Origin: Candidatus Limnocylindrales bacterium | GTDB lineage: Bacteria; Chloroflexota; Limnocylindria; Limnocylindrales; CSP1-4 | Direction: 5' to 3' | Assembly: GCA_036391495.1 (NCBI GenBank) | Contig: DASVZT010000001.1 | Location: 1 to 40,908 of the forward strand | DNA: 40,908 bases | In this document: positions 33,922 through 40,908 of the stretch, piece after piece | Numbering within the stretch: the stretch's first letter is position 1 | How the letters are laid out: every line of letters starts with the position of its first letter | Notes under the pieces: model-generated | What the model was told of the DNA's origin: nothing | What the model saw: only the letters and a program-made list of their open reading frames with translations | Databases searched by the model: none | Program-made: the position numbers and the translations under genes

Positions 33922-35309
33922 GCGGCTCCCGTCATGCGGTCGCGACCTGCGCCGGTCGTCGCGGGCCGCAACGGCACCGTGACCGTCAGCCGCGTGCCGC
34001 CGACCACCGTGCCGCCGACGTCCATGCCGCCGACGTTCATGCCGCCGACGTCCGCGCGCCCAGCCGCTGTCTCACCCATCGTCCAGGACACCTCGCCCCC
34101 GATCTCGGCGGCCCGCTCCCGGATCGCCTCGAGCCCGAAGTGCGGCCAGTCGCCGGACGGGACCGCCTCCGGGTCGAACCCGCGGCCATCGTCGGCGATC
34201 GCGATGCGCAGCTCGTCATCTGCGACGTCGAGCGAGACCGAGACGCGCTGCGCCGAGGCGTGCTTCCTGACGTTCGTGAGAGCCTCCTGCACGATGCGGA
34301 AGACCTGCGCCTCGACCGGGGCGGGCAGCTCCCTGGCCCGCGCGCCGGGCGTGGCGTCGACGCGCGCCACCAGCTTCGAGGCCTCCGCGAACCGCGCCGC
34401 GTACTCCTCGATGGCACCGACCAGCCCGACCTCGGGGCGGATGGGGCTCCGCAGGCCGAGGATCGCCTCACGCACGTCGACGTAGACCGAGCGGGCGGCG
34501 GCGGCGAGCTCGGCGAGCTGACCGCGCGCCTCGGGCACACGGCCGCTGGCGAGGAGCGTCTCGACCGCCTGTGACTTCGTGTTGACATAGCCGAGGACCT
34601 GGGCGAGCCCGTCGTGCATCTCGCGTGCGATCCGCTCGCGTTCGGTCACCACGGCCAGCTCGCGCAGCCGTCCCTGCAGTCGGTCGTTCTCGAGCGCGAT
34701 CGCGGCCTGGTTCGCGAGCGACGAGAGCGCCTCCACGTCGTCGACGTCGAAGCTGCGTGGCTCGGAGCAGCCGACGACGAGCAGCCCGTTCGTCTGGCCG
34801 CCGCGCTGGAGCGGCGCCGCGAGACGGACGGCGACGAGCGACGGGTCGACGAAGCGCACGACGTCGGAGCCGCCGCGGTCCGCGTCGGGGTCGATCGCGC
34901 CGGGCGGGCCGCTCCCCGCGCGCAGGGTGCTCTGGTCGCCCGAGGTCAGGACGAGGAGCGCGACGTCGGCGTTGAGGAGCCGGCGGGCCTGGTCGACGAC
35001 GGCCTGGACGACCTGGTCGATGTCCGCCAGTGCAGCGATGGCGACGCTGACGTGATGGAGCGCGCGGGCCGTTCGGTTGCGCTGCTCGAGCTCGGCGTTG
35101 CGGGCCGCCAGCGCCGACGCGAGGGCGCGCGTCCGGTCGACGGCGATCCTCCAGTAGATGAAGCCGAACAGGCCGATGACGGTCAGCACGACGACGGTGT
35201 CCCATGGGAAGGGCAGGTACGGGTCGAGCATCGTGTCGCTCAGGACCTCGATCCCGCCGATGACCGCCACGGGGAGGAGGATCGAGAGCCAGCCGAGCCG
35301 GTCGTTCAT
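33918..35309 (-). CDS. membrane sensor histidine kinase: 2 TM + GAF + HisKA_3 + HATPase
   Basis: ATG 35309 starts MNDRLGWLSILLPVAVIGG. The GAF-like region is followed by the H-box ERERIAREMHDGLAQVLGYV (HisKA_3 type) and QEALTNVRKHA...DDGRGF...FGLEAIRERA. Confidence 0.88.
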   Translation of the reverse strand: MNDRLGWLSILLPVAVIGGIEVLSDTMLDPYLPFPWDTVVVLTVIGLFGFIYWRIAVDRTRALASALAARNAELEQRNRTARALHHVSVAIAALADIDQVVQAVVDQARRLLNADVALLVLTSGDQSTLRAGSGPPGAIDPDADRGGSDVVRFVDPSLVAVRLAAPLQRGGQTNGLLVVGCSEPRSFDVDDVEALSSLANQAAIALENDRLQGRLRELAVVTERERIAREMHDGLAQVLGYVNTKSQAVETLLASGRVPEARGQLAELAAAARSVYVDVREAILGLRSPIRPEVGLVGAIEEYAARFAEASKLVARVDATPGARARELPAPVEAQVFRIVQEALTNVRKHASAQRVSVSLDVADDELRIAIADDGRGFDPEAVPSGDWPHFGLEAIRERAAEIGGEVSWTMGETAAGRADVGGMNVGGMDVGGTVVGGTRLTVTVPLRPATTGAGRDRMTGAA

Positions 35310-35334
35310 CGCGGCCAGTCTAGGATGTCCAGCC

Positions 35335-36048
35335 GTGAGAGAACGGTCGCTGCGGATCCTCGTCGTCGACGACGAGCCCGCCATGGTCGGGGTGATCGGT
35401 GGCCTCGTCGGAGCTGCCGGTCACCGGATCGTCGCCGCGTACGACGGCGACGAGGCCGTGCGGCGATTCCGCGAGGAGCGGCCGGACGTCGTCCTGCTCG
35501 ATCTCGCGATGCCGGGCCTCGACGGCGCCGCCGTCTGCCACAGGATCCGCGACGAGAGCGATGTGCCGATCCTGGTCGTGTCGGGCGAGACGGACGCGAC
35601 CGTGACCGTCGAGCTCCTCGATGCCGGGGCCGACGATTACGTTCGCAAGCCCTTCAGCGGCGACGAGCTGCTCGCCCGTATCCGCGCGGTCACCCGGCGC
35701 CGGCCCAGGCGGCCGGGGCGAGGACCCTGGACGATCGACCCGGCGCGCCATGAGCTGCGCTGGCGCGACGAGCCTCTCGCTCTGACCGCGATCGAGGTGC
35801 GACTCGCGGCCTGTCTCGTGGAGCGGGCCGGCGAGATCGTCGAGGCGGACGAGCTGATGGCCGCCGCGTGGCCGGGCGTCGCCTCGCCGGACCGCTCGTG
35901 GCTCAAGCCTCATCTCGCGCGTCTGCGCGCGAAGCTCCGCGCGGCCGGCGCCCCGGAGCCGGTCGCGGTCCGGGGAGCTGGCTACCGGATCGACGCGACG
36001 TCGGCGCGACCCGGGACGTCCACGCGACCTCCCGTCACCGAGCCGTAA
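35335..36048 (+). CDS. OmpR/PhoB-family response regulator
   Basis: GTG 35335. Receiver domain: RILVVDDEPAMV...DVVLLDLAMPGLDG...ILVVSGE...ADDYVRKPF. Winged helix: LTAIEVRLAACLVERAGEIV...YRID. Confidence 0.88.
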   Translation: MRERSLRILVVDDEPAMVGVIGGLVGAAGHRIVAAYDGDEAVRRFREERPDVVLLDLAMPGLDGAAVCHRIRDESDVPILVVSGETDATVTVELLDAGADDYVRKPFSGDELLARIRAVTRRRPRRPGRGPWTIDPARHELRWRDEPLALTAIEVRLAACLVERAGEIVEADELMAAAWPGVASPDRSWLKPHLARLRAKLRAAGAPEPVAVRGAGYRIDATSARPGTSTRPPVTEP

Positions 36049-36176
36049 CCGACCGGCGCCTGCCCGTAACCCTCGCGTTCCCCGTTCCTTCCCGTCGGTC
36101 CACCTGACCCGCGGCGACGCAGGCGCCATCCTCGGCCCGGCGCCGTCGCAGACGGCCGATCGGGAGGTGCGGGGCG

Positions 36177-37394
36177 ATGGACACCGGCGCGACTGCCTGG
36201 CTGCTGGTGGCGACGGCACTGGTCATGGTCATGCTTCCAGGATTGGCGTTCTTCTACGGCGGCCTCGTTCGCCGCAAGAACGTCCTCTCGACGATCATGC
36301 ACAGCTTCTTCGGCCTGGCGATCGTCAGCGTCGTCTGGGTCCTCTGGGGCTTCACGCTCGCCTTCGGCCCGGACGTCCGTGGCCTCGGGCTCGTCGGCGG
36401 ACTCGACTTCGCCGGCTTCGCCCGCGTCGGCCTCGACCCGAACCCCGCCTACAGCCCGCGCATCCCCTTCGTCCTGTTCGCAGCCTTCCAGCTCATGTTC
36501 GCGGCCATCACGCCGGCGCTCATCTCGGGCGCGTTCGCCGAGCGCAAGCGGTTCCTCTCGTTCGTCATCTTCACCGCCCTCTGGTCGACGTTCGTCTACT
36601 CCCCGCTCGCCCACTGGGTCTGGTCGCCCGACGGCTGGCTCCATCGCCTCGGTGCGCTCGACTTCGCGGGCGGCACGGTCGTCCACATCGCGTCGGGCGT
36701 CTCCGCCCTGGTCGCCGCGCTCGTGATCGGGCGCAGGACGCGCACGGACGAATCGATGGAGCCCCACGACGTCACCATGACCGTCCTGGGGGCCGGGATC
36801 CTGTGGTTCGGCTGGTTCGGCTTCAACGCGGGCTCGGCGCTCGCAGCCGACGGGCAGGCGGCCAACGCGCTCGTCGTGACCAACACGGCCGCGGCCGCCG
36901 CGACGCTCACGTGGGTCCTCGCTGGCTACGTCCACAGGGGCAAGGTGAGCGTCATCGGCGCCGCGTGCGGCGCTGTCGCCGGCCTCGTCGCCATCACGCC
37001 CGCCTCGGGCTACGTCTCGGCCGGCGGCGCGGTCGTGATCGGGCTTGCCGTCGGCGCCATCTGCTATGCGGCGACCCTCCTGCGCGAGCGACTCGCCATC
37101 GACGACGCGCTCGACGTCTTCGCCGTCCACGGCGTCGGCGGCATCTTCGGCGCGACCATGACCGGCGTCCTCGCGGTGGCGGCGATCGGCGGCACGGCGG
37201 GGGCCATCGAGGGCAACCTCGGACAGGTCGGGATCCAGCTGGTCGCGGTCGGCGCCACGATCGCCTTCGCGGCGACCGGGACGCTCGTCATCGTGAAGGC
37301 GGTCGACCTCGCACTCGGCCTGCGCGTGCCGGTGCACGAAGAGCTCCTCGGGCTCGACGTCGCCGTCCACGGCGAGGCCGCCTACTCCGCCTGA
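36177..37394 (+). CDS. amt: ammonium transporter (Amt family)
   Basis: AWLLVATALVMVMLPGLAFFYGGLVRRKNVLST...DFAGGTVVHIASG...ILWFGWFGFNAGSA...DDALDVFAVHGVGG. A GGGAGG RBS lies upstream. Confidence 0.95.
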   Translation: MDTGATAWLLVATALVMVMLPGLAFFYGGLVRRKNVLSTIMHSFFGLAIVSVVWVLWGFTLAFGPDVRGLGLVGGLDFAGFARVGLDPNPAYSPRIPFVLFAAFQLMFAAITPALISGAFAERKRFLSFVIFTALWSTFVYSPLAHWVWSPDGWLHRLGALDFAGGTVVHIASGVSALVAALVIGRRTRTDESMEPHDVTMTVLGAGILWFGWFGFNAGSALAADGQAANALVVTNTAAAAATLTWVLAGYVHRGKVSVIGAACGAVAGLVAITPASGYVSAGGAVVIGLAVGAICYAATLLRERLAIDDALDVFAVHGVGGIFGATMTGVLAVAAIGGTAGAIEGNLGQVGIQLVAVGATIAFAATGTLVIVKAVDLALGLRVPVHEELLGLDVAVHGEAAYSA

Positions 37395-38650
37395 GACCCT
37401 CCGGGCCTCACGGCGGACAGGTCGAGGACGAAGCGCGAACCGCCCAGCCGTCCGCCCTCATCGCTCTCATCGTTCTTCTCGTTCTCCACGTTCTCTTCGA
37501 TCCGCACGTCGCCGCCCATCGAGCGCGCGATCCGGCGGGCCGCGAAGAGGCCGATGCCGGCGCCGCGCGGCGAATCGGCCAGCCGCACGAACGGCTCGAA
37601 GATCGACTCGCGCCACTCCGGCGGGATGCCCGGGCCGTCGTCGGCGACGGACAGCCGAAGGTGATCGCCCGCGATCGACCCGGCAACCTCGATGCGGCCG
37701 TTCGCGCGGCCGTACTTCGCCGCGTTCTCGAGCAGGTACTCGAGGACGCGACCCAGCGGCTCCTCGGACGCCATCGCCACGAGCGGGCGGACCGGGAACG
37801 AGGCGCGGAGCTCGTGGCGGCGCAGGATCGGGGCGAGCGTCGCCATGGTGCGATCGACGACGGCGACGACGTCGATCGGATGGAGCCGCGGCGGTTCCTC
37901 GCGCAGCGCGCGCAGGCCGGCGATGATCGAGTCGATCGTGCGGTCGATCCGGTCCACCTGTCGCAGCGCCTCCCGCTCCCAGCGGTCGGCCGCGTCGGTC
38001 CCCGCCGCACGGGCAGCGGCCGCAGCAAGCTCGACCGAGCCGCGGACGACGGCCAGCGGCGTGCGCAGGTCGTGCGTGACGACGGTGACCAGCGATGCGC
38101 GCGCCTCGTCGATCGCGCGCAGGCTCTCGACCTGCGCCTCAGCCTCGCGCTGGAGCCGGCCCTTCTCGACGATCCCGGCCAGGAGGGCCGCGAGCGTCTC
38201 GAGGAAGCGGACGTCGGCCGGCCGGAACCGGCGACGCCGCACGGTCTGGACGTTCAGCACGCCGACGACCGCGTCGTTCCAGACGAGCGGGACCGAGCAC
38301 ATCGAGGTGTAGCGCGGCTCGTCGACGCCGGGCAGCCAGTGGAAGCGCGGGTCGGCGTGGACGTCGTCGCTCACGATCGGCGCCCGGGCCTGTGCCACGC
38401 GCCCGGTGATCCCGACGCCCAGGGACAGCCGGGCGACACCGACCTGCGAGGCCGGCAGGCCGTTCGTCGCGGCCAGCGTGACGCCCGCGCCGTCGCGATC
38501 CATGAGATAGAGGGAGCAGACCTCGGTGTCGGCAGCGGCGGTCGCCCGGTCCACGACCGTCACCATCAGCTCGTCCCACGTCCGGGCGGACGTCGCCAGG
38601 CGGGCCACCTCCTCGAGGAAGGCGAGCTCCTCCGGCCGCCGGCGCGTCAT
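37382..38650 (-). CDS. soluble GAF-domain sensor histidine kinase (HisKA type)
   Basis: ATG 38650 overlaps the stop of the upstream small ORF (ATGA). No TM helix is present. GAF region: EVCSLYLMD...GVGITGRVA...SMCSVPLV. H-box: LVTVVTHDLRTPLAVV. N/G boxes: LLENAAKY, DDGPGI, GAGIGL. Confidence 0.88.
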   Translation of the reverse strand: MTRRRPEELAFLEEVARLATSARTWDELMVTVVDRATAAADTEVCSLYLMDRDGAGVTLAATNGLPASQVGVARLSLGVGITGRVAQARAPIVSDDVHADPRFHWLPGVDEPRYTSMCSVPLVWNDAVVGVLNVQTVRRRRFRPADVRFLETLAALLAGIVEKGRLQREAEAQVESLRAIDEARASLVTVVTHDLRTPLAVVRGSVELAAAAARAAGTDAADRWEREALRQVDRIDRTIDSIIAGLRALREEPPRLHPIDVVAVVDRTMATLAPILRRHELRASFPVRPLVAMASEEPLGRVLEYLLENAAKYGRANGRIEVAGSIAGDHLRLSVADDGPGIPPEWRESIFEPFVRLADSPRGAGIGLFAARRIARSMGGDVRIEENVENEKNDESDEGGRLGGSRFVLDLSAVRPGGSQAE

Positions 38651-38982
38651 CCGTCGGTCTGCTGCCGCGCGAGAGCCTTCAACAGGGCGTCGAGAGCGTC
38701 GCGGAACGGTTCGACGAGGTCGTCGGGGAGCGCGTCCCGGATCGAGTCCTTGGCCCCGTACGCGGCACGGGCCCGCAGTGCCACGGAACGGAGGTCCCGC
38801 AGCTCCCCGTCGCGGAGCCGGTCCGGGACGGGCGCGAGGAACGCCTCCCAACGCTCGAGATGCCGTTCCCCCGCTGCGGCGAGGAGGCGATCGGCCCAGC
38901 GCGCCGCGGTCATGGCGGCCGCATCGATCGCCGGCATCTCGTGGCGAGCCGGCGTGCGGTCGAGGCCGGCAGGACGCGCCAT
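38647..38982 (-). CDS. hypothetical 111-aa helical protein, translationally coupled to the GAF kinase
   Basis: ATG 38980-38982. The stop overlaps the kinase ATG. The frame is GC3-rich. No family recognised. Confidence 0.5.
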   Translation of the reverse strand: MARPAGLDRTPARHEMPAIDAAAMTAARWADRLLAAAGERHLERWEAFLAPVPDRLRDGELRDLRSVALRARAAYGAKDSIRDALPDDLVEPFRDALDALLKALARQQTDG

Positions 38983-38989
38983 GGGATCG

Positions 38990-39442
38990 TCAGGCCTGGT
39001 ACTTCTGCGGAGGTGGCGGCGCGAGCGGCGTCGGGCCCTGCTCGACGTGACGGACGACCGACAGCGGCAGCCGCTTCCGCTCCGACCCGTTGACGAGGAT
39101 GCGGAACGTGTGGTCGCCCGGCGCCTCGAACGTCAGGTTCCAGAAGTCGACCGAGAACGTCAGCGTCGTGTCGCCGCCGTCATTGGTCCCGTGCGCGACC
39201 AGGTTGCTCGTCGCGTTCGCCACCTCGCGGCCGTCCGGACCGAGCAGGACGAAGGCGATCTCGTGCTCGCGGTCGAACTCCGGCGCGGTGACGATGAGGC
39301 TGACCACGAGTGCGAGGTGAGGGTGACGCAGCGGGAAGCCGGGCCCGCCGATGCGGCTGACGCCCCCGCCGAGCACGTTGAACTTCTGGCCGGGCGAAGT
39401 GTCGGCGGCGTCGGCGAGGAAGGCGAAGTCGATGTCAGGCAT
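38990..39442 (-). CDS. hypothetical 150-aa protein (unknown function)
   Basis: This is the 3' part of ORF 38990..39610, starting at ATG 39440-39442 (MPDIDFAFLADAADTSPGQKFNVLGGG...). It has non-repetitive, balanced composition. Its stop lies 7 nt before the next ORF. Confidence 0.6.
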   Translation of the reverse strand: MPDIDFAFLADAADTSPGQKFNVLGGGVSRIGGPGFPLRHPHLALVVSLIVTAPEFDREHEIAFVLLGPDGREVANATSNLVAHGTNDGGDTTLTFSVDFWNLTFEAPGDHTFRILVNGSERKRLPLSVVRHVEQGPTPLAPPPPQKYQA

Positions 39443-39479
39443 GTCGCGATGGTACCCGCCGCGAGCCGTGGCGAGAGCC

Positions 39480-40908
<1,429 letters not shown>

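Overview
Very GC-rich bacterial chromosomal window (about 70% by eye, not computed). It is densely coded and mostly on the minus strand. Because of the GC content the ORF track is full of long spurious Arg/Pro/Gly/Ala-rich frames. I called genes only where the translation shows recognisable family motifs or clean translational coupling. Most of the window is housekeeping. From left to right it holds: a CaCA antiporter, DUF1634 and TSUP permease; rpsF-ssb-rpsR; a 5-tRNA array and a 3-tRNA array; htpX/lemA; secG; gpmA-tpiA-whiA-yvcK-rapZ; tatA/tatC; pyrF; a TolB-like propeller protein; recJ; secDF; uvrC; a UvrD-like helicase; and a partial uvrA. The rapZ-yvcK-whiA cluster and strong AGGAGG ribosome-binding sites suggest a terrabacterial lineage (Actinomycetota- or Chloroflexota-like). 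That is inference only. The best candidate for an undescribed system is at about 29.8-35.3 kb. It is a tightly coupled three-gene operon: a ferredoxin-fused GltD-like flavoprotein followed by two paralogous 5-TM proteins I cannot place in any family. A GAF/HisKA_3 kinase plus NarL-type regulator lies directly upstream, with a tandem 16-bp repeat in between. Next to it is a second, split two-component system (OmpR-type regulator and soluble GAF kinase) that brackets an ammonium transporter lacking a glnK partner. Two small unknown proteins are coupled to that kinase. Other items worth a look are an orphan TadZ/CpaE-like receiver-ATPase with a lysine-less P-loop beside an HD-GYP protein, a MazEF-like toxin-antitoxin pair next to the tRNA array, a helicase coupled to an ICMT-family methyltransferase, and several short in-frame or intergenic tandem repeats. 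I saw no CRISPR array, no transposase or integrase, and no rRNA.
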